A stretch of 64,000 nucleotides of DNA from Candidatus Poseidoniaceae archaeon (GCA_028353405.1 JAOMOG010000007.1:755-64754), one strand, 5' to 3'; positions 1 through 9,391 are shown, counted from the first letter of the stretch. Notes: a model not told the origin generated them from the sequence alone. Program-made: numbers and translations.

Positions 1-69
1 CTTACTTTTATGATTTGGAACTCTATGGCCAGTATCAGTTTCAATATATCTTCTAATTATGGTTGTCAT
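1..69 (-). CDS. queD: 6-carboxy-5,6,7,8-tetrahydropterin synthase QueD, N-terminal part (runs off window edge)
   Basis: Manual translation from ATG at 69: MTTIIRRYIETDTGHRVPNHKSK. This matches the QueD/PTPS N-terminus (xxHR...C..HGH). It starts 2 nt after the queC-msrB stop. Not in the ORF track. Confidence 0.75.
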   Translation of the reverse strand, partial: MTTIIRRYIETDTGHRVPNHKSK

Positions 70-71
70 GA

Positions 72-1214
72 TCAAATCTCCTCAAAATCAATGGATGCTG
101 AATTTATACAATATCGATCGCCACCAAATTGAGCTGGTCCATCATTGAAAACATGGCCAAGGTGGGCATCACATTTACTACACCTAACCTCAGTTCGTGA
201 GGTTCCATGCGAGTTATCTTCTAATCTACTAATTGAAGCATCTTCCGATTCACTATGGAATGATGGCCATCCACATCCAGAGTCATACTTCATTTCAGAA
301 TTAAACAGAATGTGGCCGCAGCACAAACATGAGTATTGCCCATCACCTTTCTCATTCCAATAGATTCCACTAAATGCCGCTTCAGTACCACTTTTTCTAG
401 TTACATAATATTGTAATTCAGTTAGTCGTTGTTTGTACTCCTCATCCTTATGTTTATACTCGATTTGAAGTGCATTTTGAAGCACATTACCCCAAGATTC
501 AACATATTCTACAGGGTCTTTCCTACCAACTGCATGGAAAGCTAATATTCGCTCAATATCAGCACCACTAGTACCGCTTGCACGACCGAACTCATCAGGA
601 TCATAGGAAGTATTCGTATTAGCATAAATGGTTGAGAAATCTAATCCAAGTTTTGTTATTGCGATTTCAGCATCCCTCAATATTGACTCCTTATCACCAT
701 CTAAATACGGTAATTTAAATGAAACTTTGTCACTATCCCAGTTTCCTACTGCAAATGCATGACCAATTGCCTGATAGAACTCTGGCCTACAATCTGGATA
801 TATTTCATGGTCACCACTATGAACTCCCAAAGCGAGTTCAACATTACAACCATCCTTTAGCGCAATTGATAGAGCATAACCATACAGAATTGATGCAAAT
901 ATAGCATTTCTATTGGGTACAACTGTTGACTTCATCGCATCTTCCTCATAATGCCCCTCCGGAACATCAGCCCCACCAACGATTAGGCTAGAGTGAAATA
1001 AGTTCATAGCGCTACTCAAATCTACTATTCTATGAATCACATGGAAGCCATTTTCAGCAAGATAAGCAATGTTTTGTTTGGCTCTTTCCAATTCAAGGGA
1101 ATGCTTTTGCCCATATTCATATGATAAGCAATCCACTGTGTAGCCATCGGCTAGTAATCTCATCAACAAACTAGTTGAGTCCATTCCTCCACTAAATGCC
1201 ATTACTGCTCTCAT
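72..1214 (-). CDS. queC: 7-cyano-7-deazaguanine synthase QueC fused to C-terminal methionine-R-sulfoxide reductase MsrB
   Basis: N-terminal SGGMDS PP-loop, YGQKH, VPNRN, YPDCRP. The last ~125 aa carry MsrB motifs GTE..F, CLCCG, GCGWPSF, RTEVRCSKCDAHLGHVFNDGP and RYCINS. Confidence 0.92.
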   Translation of the reverse strand: MRAVMAFSGGMDSTSLLMRLLADGYTVDCLSYEYGQKHSLELERAKQNIAYLAENGFHVIHRIVDLSSAMNLFHSSLIVGGADVPEGHYEEDAMKSTVVPNRNAIFASILYGYALSIALKDGCNVELALGVHSGDHEIYPDCRPEFYQAIGHAFAVGNWDSDKVSFKLPYLDGDKESILRDAEIAITKLGLDFSTIYANTNTSYDPDEFGRASGTSGADIERILAFHAVGRKDPVEYVESWGNVLQNALQIEYKHKDEEYKQRLTELQYYVTRKSGTEAAFSGIYWNEKGDGQYSCLCCGHILFNSEMKYDSGCGWPSFHSESEDASISRLEDNSHGTSRTEVRCSKCDAHLGHVFNDGPAQFGGDRYCINSASIDFEEI

Positions 1215-1226
1215 TTTTGAACCACC

Positions 1227-1892
1227 TCAATCAATACCCATCCATTTGTGAGTTTGAAGACTTAATCTCCAGGGAGAATTATCCTTTACAACTTTTTCAG
1301 TTAGAGCAAAATTCTTTCCATTCCATTCTACATCTTGTGAATGAATATAACATGGTTGTAAAAATAAATGCTCAAAACCATGCTTTAAATCATCATATAG
1401 CGATAAATCTTGACCAATATATACACACTTTAATTCATCTCCTGTTCGTTGCCTAATAGATACATTGGGATATTCCTGGTCCTTGGGAGAGATTGTTATC
1501 CAATCCAATAACCCCTCAGGAATTTCAATCGTACCGTTACTTTCGCAAGACAATTCATATCCACGTGCTTTGAGTAATCTGTGTAGTGGCCATAGATCGT
1601 TAAGCATCGGCTCACCACCAGTGAAAATAATTTTCTTGCAGTCGAATTTGAGAACTTCCCCCAAGATGTCAATTGCAGACATTGTTGTGAATGTTTCAAA
1701 ATCAGTATCACACCATTCGCATTGTAAATTACATTTGCCAAAGCGAACAAACACATGTGGAATGCCACATTTTGCCCCTTCTCCTTGAATTGAGTGGAAT
1801 ATTTCTACTATTTTGTATTCCATCGCAAGGTCAGTAGGATTGTCAACAGCATTATTTCCTGCGATGCCACAATTCTCAAATGTTTCCTTCAT
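1227..1892 (-). CDS. queE: 7-carboxy-7-deazaguanine synthase QueE (radical SAM)
   Basis: EIFHSIQGEG, FVRFGKCNLQCEWCDT (CxxxCxxC), FTGGEP, ESNGT, LSLQTHK; que operon context. Confidence 0.93.
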   Translation of the reverse strand: MKETFENCGIAGNNAVDNPTDLAMEYKIVEIFHSIQGEGAKCGIPHVFVRFGKCNLQCEWCDTDFETFTTMSAIDILGEVLKFDCKKIIFTGGEPMLNDLWPLHRLLKARGYELSCESNGTIEIPEGLLDWITISPKDQEYPNVSIRQRTGDELKCVYIGQDLSLYDDLKHGFEHLFLQPCYIHSQDVEWNGKNFALTEKVVKDNSPWRLSLQTHKWMGID

Positions 1893-1913
1893 GTTATTCG
1901 CCTCAGGTCCGTT

Positions 1914-2486
1914 TCAAAGAGGACGGTTGTGAATCAACTGCATTAATTCAGCTCTAGCCTCAGCCTTCTCAAAGAATACACCACGCATAGCCGATGTAGT
2001 CATGATAGCGTTCTGTTTTGCAACACCGCGGCATTGCATGCAGCCATGAGCAGCTTCGATTATGACAGCACAACCTAGTGGAGAAATATGTGCTTCCAAA
2101 TCATCGGCTACGCCCTTTGTGATACGTTCCTGATTCTGCAATCTCCTGCCATGTAATTCAACAATACGTGCTAATTTTGAGATACCTACAATCCTATCTA
2201 CAGGAATATAGGCAACATGTGCTCTTCCCTTGAATGGCTGTAAGTGATGCTCACAAGTGGAATGGAATTCAATATCGCGCAACAATACGATTCCATCATA
2301 TCCTTCTCCATTGAAAGTGGCCTCAAGAATATCTTCTGCATTTTGTGAATATCCAGCGAATACTTCATCCCATGAATCAATAACTCTCTTTGGAGTTTTT
2401 AGTAACCCCTCTCGTTCTGATAAGTCTCCTTCCAAATACTCTAATAGAGTTCTTACAGCCAATTCTGCTTCGCTTTTTGAGACCAT
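1914..2486 (-). CDS. folE: GTP cyclohydrolase I (bacterial FolE type)
   Basis: REGLLKTPKRV, STCEHHLQPF, GISKLARIV, LQNQERIT, HGCMQCRGV. ATG at 2486 is preceded by AGGAG; an alternative GTG lies at 2495. Confidence 0.93.
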   Translation of the reverse strand: MVSKSEAELAVRTLLEYLEGDLSEREGLLKTPKRVIDSWDEVFAGYSQNAEDILEATFNGEGYDGIVLLRDIEFHSTCEHHLQPFKGRAHVAYIPVDRIVGISKLARIVELHGRRLQNQERITKGVADDLEAHISPLGCAVIIEAAHGCMQCRGVAKQNAIMTTSAMRGVFFEKAEARAELMQLIHNRPL

Positions 2487-2491
2487 ATTAT

Positions 2492-2668
2492 TCACTCCTT
2501 CTGTGTTCCTCTTCCATGCCTAGAATCAATCTCATCGAGTTGATCTAATAATTTGCGGCAAGCCGTTCTAACAGCATCTGCTAGGCTGACAAATTTTTTG
2601 TCATCGCCAACATGTTTACGTAAATCTTCAGTTAACTGGCTTGGCATGTCCAATGAGATCTTAGGCAT
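2492..2668 (-). CDS. Ribbon-helix-helix (CopG/MetJ-like) transcription regulator, 58 aa
   Basis: Manual translation: MPKISLDMPSQLTEDLRKHVGDDKKFVSLADAVRTACRKLLDQLDEIDSRHGRGTQKE. Shows an alternating N-terminal strand (KISLDMP), a helix, then an S-x-x-D-A-V-R-x-A helix. First gene of the folE-queE-queC-queD run. Not in the ORF track. Confidence 0.8.
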   Translation of the reverse strand: MPKISLDMPSQLTEDLRKHVGDDKKFVSLADAVRTACRKLLDQLDEIDSRHGRGTQKE

Positions 2669-2690
2669 GGTCTAGGCTCTTGTCAATCCA

Positions 2691-2736
2691 ATATAAGTAT
2701 TACTGGGCTATTACCATGGTAATACTACAGTATTAT
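2691..2736 (-). promoter_or_regulatory. Promoter/operator candidate of the RHH-que operon: TATA-like TTATAT plus perfect palindrome TATTACCATGGTAATA and further TATTA(C/T) boxes
   Basis: Perfect 16-bp palindrome at 2709-2724. TATTAC at 2698 and 2709, GTAATA at 2719, TATTAT at 2731. TTATAT on the minus strand at 2696-2691, 28 nt before the RHH ATG. Confidence 0.55.
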
Positions 2737-2854
2737 TAAAATATATATTGCCTCTATGCAGTCGCATAATTATGAAAATTTCTAAGTTGGTTTGCATTAT
2801 TTAGGAAAGGCCCTGCTACGAATGTTCAAATCCCCCCATCTATTGCACTGTTTG

Positions 2855-4351
2855 ATGAGTACTGACGCAGCCCAGTTGATGGAATTACTTTTTGATATCA
2901 GAGCCAATTCCGGCATCTGCGAAACTACAGGTTTGAGTGATGATGAAATTGTCAAATTCATTGCCCTCGATAGTAATCTTTCGCGTGCAATCAAAGAGGG
3001 CCACAAATATCATTTGGATCTTAGAGAAGAGTTTGAATCAGAACTTCTAATGTCACACGAGTCGGAATTGGTTATAAAATTGCAAAGCGGATATGTCAAT
3101 TTTTACAATCCCGCAACTGTCAATCCATACATCCCTATTGCTGCCAGAGGTCCATGGGTGATATCTGCTCATGGCGCAGTATTGCATGACAATGGCGGAT
3201 ATGGAATGCTCGGTGGCGGGCATGGTCCAGATGAAATAATAGATGCGATGTCTCAAAATTGGGTAATGGCCAATGTAATGACTCCTTCTTTTTCTCAACA
3301 GAGATTAACAGACCGACTGACCAAAGAATTAGGTCATAGTAGAGGGAGTTGTCCTTTTGATAGATTTATTTGTATGAATAGTGGTTCAGAATCAGTAACA
3401 GTTTCATTACGAATTTCTGATGTTAATGCCAACATTATGACTGGTCCAGGTGGGCGCTATGAAGGTAAAGCAATCAAATTAGTAGCTGTTGAGCAAGCGT
3501 TCCATGGGAGAACTGGTCGCCCAGCACAACTTTCGCATTCTTGCATGAGAAACTATGACAAAAACCTAGCATCATTTAGAGATAGAGATAATTTGTATCT
3601 AGTTCCACCAAATGATATCGAGGCGCTAAGAAATGTTTTTGCTACTGCGGAAGCAAAAGGTGAATTCATAGAACTAATGGCTATTGAACCTGTACAAGGT
3701 GAAGGAAATCCTGGGCAATGCGTTGAGCGTGCATTTTATGATGAAGCTAGAAGATTGACCTTAGAACATGGTTCAATGTTACTAGTTGATTCAATACAAG
3801 CAGGATTGAGGGGTCAAGGTTGTCTTTCAATTGTCGATTATCAAGGTTTCCAAGATTGCCTCGCACCCGATTTGGAGACATGGTCAAAAGCAATGAACGC
3901 AGGGCAATATCCGCTCTCAGTACTTGGAATGAATAAAAGAGCATCATCATTGTATGTTTCAGGGATTTATGGCAATACGATGACCACTAATCCGCGAGCA
4001 CTTGAAACTGCGATCGCAGTTCTCGATAGGATTACTCCTGAGTTAAGACAAAACATTCGTGATAGGGGTGTAGAGTTTGTTAATAAATTGAATATACTAG
4101 CTGAAGAATTTCCTGAGTATATCACACTTGTACAAGGTACAGGACTATTGTGTAGTGCTGAACTAAAGCCTGATATTTTACCTGTGGTTGGATTTGATGC
4201 TGTTGAACCTTGGTGTCGTAGAAGAGGTCTAGGTGTAATTCATGGAGGAAAAAACGCATTACGTTTCACCCCACACTTTGCTATTACTTCTGAAGAAATA
4301 GATTTGATTATTAAAATAGTTAGAGAATCAATAATCCACTTTACTTCTTAA
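2855..4351 (+). CDS. Class III PLP-dependent aminotransferase (ornithine/lysine-6-aminotransferase-like)
   Basis: NSGSES, AFHGRT, IEPVQGEG, VDSIQAG, WSKAMNAG (PLP lysine), GTGLL, LRFTP. Start moved to the ATG at 2855, 30 nt after a TTCAAA box. Confidence 0.85.
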   Translation: MSTDAAQLMELLFDIRANSGICETTGLSDDEIVKFIALDSNLSRAIKEGHKYHLDLREEFESELLMSHESELVIKLQSGYVNFYNPATVNPYIPIAARGPWVISAHGAVLHDNGGYGMLGGGHGPDEIIDAMSQNWVMANVMTPSFSQQRLTDRLTKELGHSRGSCPFDRFICMNSGSESVTVSLRISDVNANIMTGPGGRYEGKAIKLVAVEQAFHGRTGRPAQLSHSCMRNYDKNLASFRDRDNLYLVPPNDIEALRNVFATAEAKGEFIELMAIEPVQGEGNPGQCVERAFYDEARRLTLEHGSMLLVDSIQAGLRGQGCLSIVDYQGFQDCLAPDLETWSKAMNAGQYPLSVLGMNKRASSLYVSGIYGNTMTTNPRALETAIAVLDRITPELRQNIRDRGVEFVNKLNILAEEFPEYITLVQGTGLLCSAELKPDILPVVGFDAVEPWCRRRGLGVIHGGKNALRFTPHFAITSEEIDLIIKIVRESIIHFTS

Positions 4352-5572
4352 TCAACTAAGTGAAGTAACAATATCTTCTCTCTTGAATTGACTAGCTGCA
4401 TATTTTGCAGCCATTAATGCATAAAATATTGAAGTTCCAACCCAAATAATGATGTGAGTTGTAATTATTCTATTCATCAACAATTCTCTAAGCGCGAGTA
4501 GAACATTTACCACCGGAATTGCAAACCAAAAAGATTCAATTCCATCTAAATTGATAACCTGAGTAAATAGTGCAGGGAAAATAATCAGCATAATTGCTGG
4601 TCCAAGGATGCTTCCGGCTTCCTTTACACTATGTGATCTCATAGCAAGGGCTAATTCAATCGCAACAACCATGATTGCAAATAGCATAATCGCGCCAATT
4701 ATCAGTAGAATTGTCACCAGCGATAGTTCAGGGACACCGATGATACTGGAACTCGCTAGATAGCCTATCGCAAATAATAATCCGAATATCTGCAGCAATA
4801 CTCCAACTCCTGTAATAGTGGCTACCGCCAACCACTTACCGAATAATAATTCAAGGCGTGTGCAGGGCAAGCTTAGAAGTGCTTCTAGCGTACCTCTTTC
4901 TCTTTCACCCGCTGTCATATCAATTGATGGCTGAATTGCCGAGGAGAAGGTCCAGACGGCCAATACGAGTGGAATGAACATTGATAATGCCATTCCAGCC
5001 TGCTCTCCGGCAGTTGCAGCATCTGCTTGAGTGAATTCACCATCCCACCGAAGTGGGTCCAGTGTTGAATTGACGTCTAGGCCGCCAGATTCAATCCTTG
5101 CAGCAGTTTCCTTGTCTTCCCATTCATTCAAATCATACAATAATCTTGACTTTGCTTCTCTTGAATGTTCGGATGTTGACATATGAAGGATGGAATAATA
5201 CCATATGTCCTCGCTTTGAGTAATTCTCAATATAGCATCTATTGAACCATTTCTTAAACGCTCTACATCATTACCAGGTTGGCTTAAATCATCTAAAACA
5301 GGTAACTCCTCATAACTGATTACTATCGATGATTTGTTGATTATCATGCTTAAATTCTCTGGCATATTATCAGTTTGAATCGTTAAATCCAATTCCAATG
5401 ACTTTAGTTCTGCTGCTTCAGATTGTAGTAATACTGGAAACAGAATGAATAGTAAAGGGAACATCAGCAATGGAATAACGATAATTGCAATAATTGTTCT
5501 CCAATCTCTGGAAAACTCTACTACTTCCTTCTTTGCGATTTGCTTTATTCGCATAGCGCTACCATCAGCCAT
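4352..5572 (-). CDS. ABC-2 type exporter permease (NatB-like)
   Basis: KKE...RDWRT N-terminus, AGERERGTLEALL motif, multiple TM helices. Start at 5572 with GGAGG upstream, overlapping the ATPase stop. Confidence 0.85.
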   Translation of the reverse strand: MADGSAMRIKQIAKKEVVEFSRDWRTIIAIIVIPLLMFPLLFILFPVLLQSEAAELKSLELDLTIQTDNMPENLSMIINKSSIVISYEELPVLDDLSQPGNDVERLRNGSIDAILRITQSEDIWYYSILHMSTSEHSREAKSRLLYDLNEWEDKETAARIESGGLDVNSTLDPLRWDGEFTQADAATAGEQAGMALSMFIPLVLAVWTFSSAIQPSIDMTAGERERGTLEALLSLPCTRLELLFGKWLAVATITGVGVLLQIFGLLFAIGYLASSSIIGVPELSLVTILLIIGAIMLFAIMVVAIELALAMRSHSVKEAGSILGPAIMLIIFPALFTQVINLDGIESFWFAIPVVNVLLALRELLMNRIITTHIIIWVGTSIFYALMAAKYAASQFKREDIVTSLS

Positions 5573-6392
5573 CAATTTCCACCTCCAATTCAGGTGTTTT
5601 AGGAGTAAATAATTTTCTCCACCAAGCCGTAATGCGCCCTTCAGAATCAGCATCTTCGTTTCTTGACCTCGCTTGGTCAGCGGTCAGCGAAACATATGCC
5701 TCTTCCAAAGAATCTTGTTCGGTTTGTTCCATTAACTGTTGTGGAGAACCATCTGCTCTAACCTCGCCATTGTGAATTATAATTATGCGATCGCATACTT
5801 GCCTCGCCTCTTCCAATTGATGAGTTGAATAAACTACAGTGCCACCTTCATCACGCAATTGTTTTACAAGTGCTCTAACAGTTCTAGCACTAGTAATGTC
5901 TAATCCAGCAGTAGGTTCATCGAGAAGTAGTATACTTGGGCCATGAGCAAGTGCCCTAAGAAGAGCAGTTTTTTGCTTCATACCACGACTAAATCCCTTG
6001 GTGTGACGGCTTAGACTATCACTCATTCCCAATCTACTAGCGAATAACTGTGTACGTTTCCAAGAGGTTTTATCATCAATCCCGTATAATCTAGAATGAT
6101 AACGAATATTTTCCCATGCGGTCAAACGCGAATACAAACCAGTAGATTCTGGTACAACTCCTAGCAGATGTCTCATTTCAGAAACATCAGAACCATCTTT
6201 CAATGTTACACTACCTTTTGTCGGAGCATATACACCTGCCATTAATCTCAGTAATGTTGTTTTTCCTGCACCATTACTTCCAACAAGTCCGACTACTTCG
6301 CCACTACGGATTTCTAAATCTATGTGACTAAGAGCTTCTATCTCGTCAAAATGTTTGGCAACCCCCTTTATCGAGAGTAAAGTTTCAGACAT
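5565..6392 (-). CDS. ABC transporter ATP-binding protein (NatA-like)
   Basis: Walker A GSNGAGKT, signature FSRGMKQK, Walker B LLLDEPT, H-loop STH. Confidence 0.92.
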   Translation of the reverse strand: MSETLLSIKGVAKHFDEIEALSHIDLEIRSGEVVGLVGSNGAGKTTLLRLMAGVYAPTKGSVTLKDGSDVSEMRHLLGVVPESTGLYSRLTAWENIRYHSRLYGIDDKTSWKRTQLFASRLGMSDSLSRHTKGFSRGMKQKTALLRALAHGPSILLLDEPTAGLDITSARTVRALVKQLRDEGGTVVYSTHQLEEARQVCDRIIIIHNGEVRADGSPQQLMEQTEQDSLEEAYVSLTADQARSRNEDADSEGRITAWWRKLFTPKTPELEVEIDG

Positions 6393-6401
6393 TAAACTCC
6401 C

Positions 6402-6710
6402 TCAACTGGCTCTTCCAGATTCAACCGCGGCATTTAATCCAGGGTGTTTCTCTTCCAAACGGCAGGCTCGAGACAATTGTTGCCTTAGTTGTAGATGGAT
6501 CTCTTTTTGCGAAATACCCATCTCAACTAAGTTTCCAATCATGTTGAAAGCACCTTGTATAGCCCCGGCATCAAGAAATGCATCATTGCTAATTTTACCA
6601 TTTACTCTAAGAGTATCTAATTGAGTGGAAACGAACTCTGCTTCTCTTCTAACACGTGGACCGTCAATATGTGGTAAGGCTATAAGGTGGTCAACGCAAG
6701 TTCTCATCAC
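6402..6710 (-). CDS. Hypothetical helical protein, first gene of the ABC exporter operon
   Basis: 102-aa ORF ending 9 nt before the ATPase start; protein-like composition. Confidence 0.6.
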   Translation of the reverse strand: MMRTCVDHLIALPHIDGPRVRREAEFVSTQLDTLRVNGKISNDAFLDAGAIQGAFNMIGNLVEMGISQKEIHLQLRQQLSRACRLEEKHPGLNAAVESGRAS

Positions 6711-6770
6711 AACCTAGCCCATGCTGAAGGGTTAAGATATTATCCATTATAATTACAGCAAAGGCATGAC

Positions 6771-7211
6771 TCAGTGGTTACTTTGTTTGAGTTCCACCAA
6801 CACTCCACCCGTTGACTTTGGGTGTACAAATGCTATTTTTGAGCCCCCGGCACCGAGTTTTGGTTCGGCATCAATCATCTGAATTCCGTTATCCAGTAAA
6901 TAGTCAATTAACTCTTGCAAGTTTTCAACACGGAAACACAATTGTTGTATGCCAGGTCCGCGTTTTGCTAAAAACTTTCCAATCGGAGTATCCGATGAAG
7001 TTGGCTGTAGCAATTCTACCATCGGTGGATGTTGCTCAACACTCTCATCTGGTTGAGATGTTGAGAAGAACCTAGTTGTCACACCCTGCTCTTCTACTGT
7101 CTCATCATCTGAACTTTGAATCAAACCTAGTAGTTTCCAGAAGTGACTCGCAGACTCTAAGTCACTAGTTGCTATCCCTATGTGATCTATATGTATTGAT
7201 CCGAAACTCAT
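6771..7211 (-). CDS. mce: Methylmalonyl-CoA epimerase
   Basis: IDHIGIA, VELLQP, FLAKRGPGI, AFVHPKSTGGVLVEL; adjacent to the mutase. Confidence 0.92.
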   Translation of the reverse strand: MSFGSIHIDHIGIATSDLESASHFWKLLGLIQSSDDETVEEQGVTTRFFSTSQPDESVEQHPPMVELLQPTSSDTPIGKFLAKRGPGIQQLCFRVENLQELIDYLLDNGIQMIDAEPKLGAGGSKIAFVHPKSTGGVLVELKQSNH

Positions 7212-7220
7212 TCAATCACC

Positions 7221-8822
7221 TCAAAATCCACTAGGAGCCATCCATTCTCCGAACTCAGAACGCATTGCATTCATTATTTCACCTAGAGTGCAATTAGACT
7301 TAACTGCTTCCAATATTAGTGGGAATAAATTATCAGTTCCAGCTGATGCAAGCCCTATTGCATCTATGCATAATTGAGATTTCACTTCATCTCTATTCTC
7401 TCTTAATTCCTTTAGTCTAAGGCATTGCATTTCGCCAACAGTTGGATCTAATTTTAGGACTTCAGTATCATCTTCTTCATCCATAATTCCATGGTTAACC
7501 CCGACTATCTTTCTGTCACCAGATTCTACATCAGAAAGGTGTTTAAACGCAGCATTATGAATTTCTCTCTGCTGCCAGCCTTGTTCAATAGCAGCCATTG
7601 CACCACCTAACCTTTCAATCTCTTGGATTTGCAGTAACGCTTCTTGATAAATTCGTTCAGTTAAAGCCTCAACGTGATATGAACCACCCAGTGGATCTGC
7701 TATATCAGCAACTCCACTTTCTTCAGCAATTATTTGTTGAGTTCTAAGTGCTACGGTTGCACTTTCCTCAGTAGGCAATCCCAATGCTTCATCATACGAA
7801 TTGGTGTGAAGACTTTGAGTTCCACCACACACTGCGGCTAACGCTTGTATTGTAACTCGTGCAATATTGTTGAGTGGTTGTTGTGCTGTTAGGCTAACTC
7901 CAGCAACTTGTGTATGGAATCTGAGCATAGCGGACTTAGGATTTTTAGGTTGGTAGCGTTGGCTAATTAGGTCATGCCACAATCTTCTTGCGGCTCTAAA
8001 TTTACTCGCTTCTTCGAAGAAATCATTATGGCAATTAAAGAAGAAAGAAAGTCTTGGAGCAAAGGTGTCAATATCTAAACCAACATCAATCGCAGCCTCG
8101 ACATATGCCAATGCATTTGCTAGGGTGAATGCTATCTCTTGAACAGCAGTGGAACCAGCTTCGCGAATATGATAGCCCGAAATGGAGATGGTATTCCAAA
8201 GTGGGATATTCTCTGCACAATATTCAAACACATCAGTGATTAAGCGCATTGATTGTTTTGGCGGGAATACATATGTCCCTCGCGCAATATATTCTTTCAG
8301 TATGTCGTTTTGAATTGTACCGATTACTTTGTCTGCTGAAACACCTTGCTCTTCTGCTACTGCCACATACATCGCCAATAGAATGATCGCTGGTGAATTG
8401 ATTGTCATCGAAGTACTTACTTGATCTAGTGGAATTCCATCTAGCAATAGCCTCATGTCATCAATAGATGAAATAGATACTCCAACTTTTCCTACCTCGC
8501 CCAACGACAACTCATCATCAGCATCAAGCCCCAATTGTGTAGGCAAATCAAAAGCAACGGACAATCCCTTTTGACCTCTCTCTAATAATAGTTTAAAACG
8601 CTCATTTGTAGCCTTGGCACTAGAAAAACCAGCATATTGGCGCATGGTCCAAAGTCTTGAGCGATACATTGTGGCATGAATACCGCGAGTATATGGCTTA
8701 CTTCCAGCATCACCTACATTGGAACGAGCATAGCCAACTTCAGAAAGTGTATTTTCATCACTTTGTAGAGGGATATCAAGTCCGCCAAGGGTTTTCCACT
8801 CATCCTTGCGAGGCGCGACCAT
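7221..8822 (-). CDS. Methylmalonyl-CoA mutase, substrate-binding (large) subunit without B12-binding domain
   Basis: PYTRGIH, WTMRQYAGF, SVAFDLPTQ, QNDILKEYIARGTY, ISGYHIREAG, SLHTNSYDEA. Start set at ATG 8822 to avoid overlap with slyD. Confidence 0.92.
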   Translation of the reverse strand: MVAPRKDEWKTLGGLDIPLQSDENTLSEVGYARSNVGDAGSKPYTRGIHATMYRSRLWTMRQYAGFSSAKATNERFKLLLERGQKGLSVAFDLPTQLGLDADDELSLGEVGKVGVSISSIDDMRLLLDGIPLDQVSTSMTINSPAIILLAMYVAVAEEQGVSADKVIGTIQNDILKEYIARGTYVFPPKQSMRLITDVFEYCAENIPLWNTISISGYHIREAGSTAVQEIAFTLANALAYVEAAIDVGLDIDTFAPRLSFFFNCHNDFFEEASKFRAARRLWHDLISQRYQPKNPKSAMLRFHTQVAGVSLTAQQPLNNIARVTIQALAAVCGGTQSLHTNSYDEALGLPTEESATVALRTQQIIAEESGVADIADPLGGSYHVEALTERIYQEALLQIQEIERLGGAMAAIEQGWQQREIHNAAFKHLSDVESGDRKIVGVNHGIMDEEDDTEVLKLDPTVGEMQCLRLKELRENRDEVKSQLCIDAIGLASAGTDNLFPLILEAVKSNCTLGEIMNAMRSEFGEWMAPSGF

Positions 8823-8883
8823 ATAGTGTCCAAGTGTAGGGGATTCTTCAACACTCCCACTTGGGGTGTTTGAATTAATCAGT

Positions 8884-9387
8884 TCAGTGGTGATGTCCGC
8901 CAGGTCCATGAACATGGCCGTGTGAAAGTTCTTCCACACTAGCATCACGTAGTTCTATAATTTCAACTTCAAATGTCAAAGCTTCTCCTGCTAACTTGTG
9001 GTTGAAATCAGCAGTTACTTCGTCATCAGTTAATTCTGTAATATTAAATGGTGCAGGACCATGCTGCATAGTTGCTACGAGTGTCATTCCAACTTCCAAT
9101 TTCGCTCCTTCTTCCAACTGTGCGAATTCACTTCTTGGAATCTTCATTAGTGCAGCGTCTTCGCGCTCTCCGTATGCTTCGTCTGCAGTCAGTGTAAAAG
9201 TTCTCTTCTCACCGATTTTTGCACCTTGGATATTTGTTTCAAAACCAGGAATCATTTGTCCATGTCCTATAAGGAATGTAAGAGGATCTTTGCCCTCACT
9301 ACTATCAAAGACTTCTCCTGTTTCAGGCATTGTACCAGTGTAATGCACACTTGCAACCATATTTTTTCCTACTGCTAAATCACTCAT
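8884..9387 (-). CDS. slyD: FKBP-type peptidyl-prolyl isomerase SlyD
   Basis: VHYTG, FDSS, GHGQMIPGFE, AYGER, DFNHKLAG, His-rich tail HGHVHGPGGHHH. Confidence 0.92.
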   Translation of the reverse strand: MSDLAVGKNMVASVHYTGTMPETGEVFDSSEGKDPLTFLIGHGQMIPGFETNIQGAKIGEKRTFTLTADEAYGEREDAALMKIPRSEFAQLEEGAKLEVGMTLVATMQHGPAPFNITELTDDEVTADFNHKLAGEALTFEVEIIELRDASVEELSHGHVHGPGGHHH

Positions 9388-9391
9388 TTAA

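Noticed and set aside
1..2668. que cluster as a dpd-type DNA 7-deazaguanine modification or defence island
   Set aside because: No dpdA/TGT paralogue or other dpd genes are visible and the context is housekeeping, so tRNA archaeosine precursor synthesis is more parsimonious. Genes left of the window cannot be seen.
7221..8822. Mutase lacking the B12-binding domain as a pseudogene
   Set aside because: Split mutases with a separately encoded B12-binding subunit are the normal archaeal arrangement
8823..8883. Inverted repeat CCAAGTG...CACTTGG upstream of methylmalonyl-CoA mutase as a cobalamin riboswitch
   Set aside because: Only about 60 nt are available, there is no B12-box, and the repeat straddles the putative promoter box
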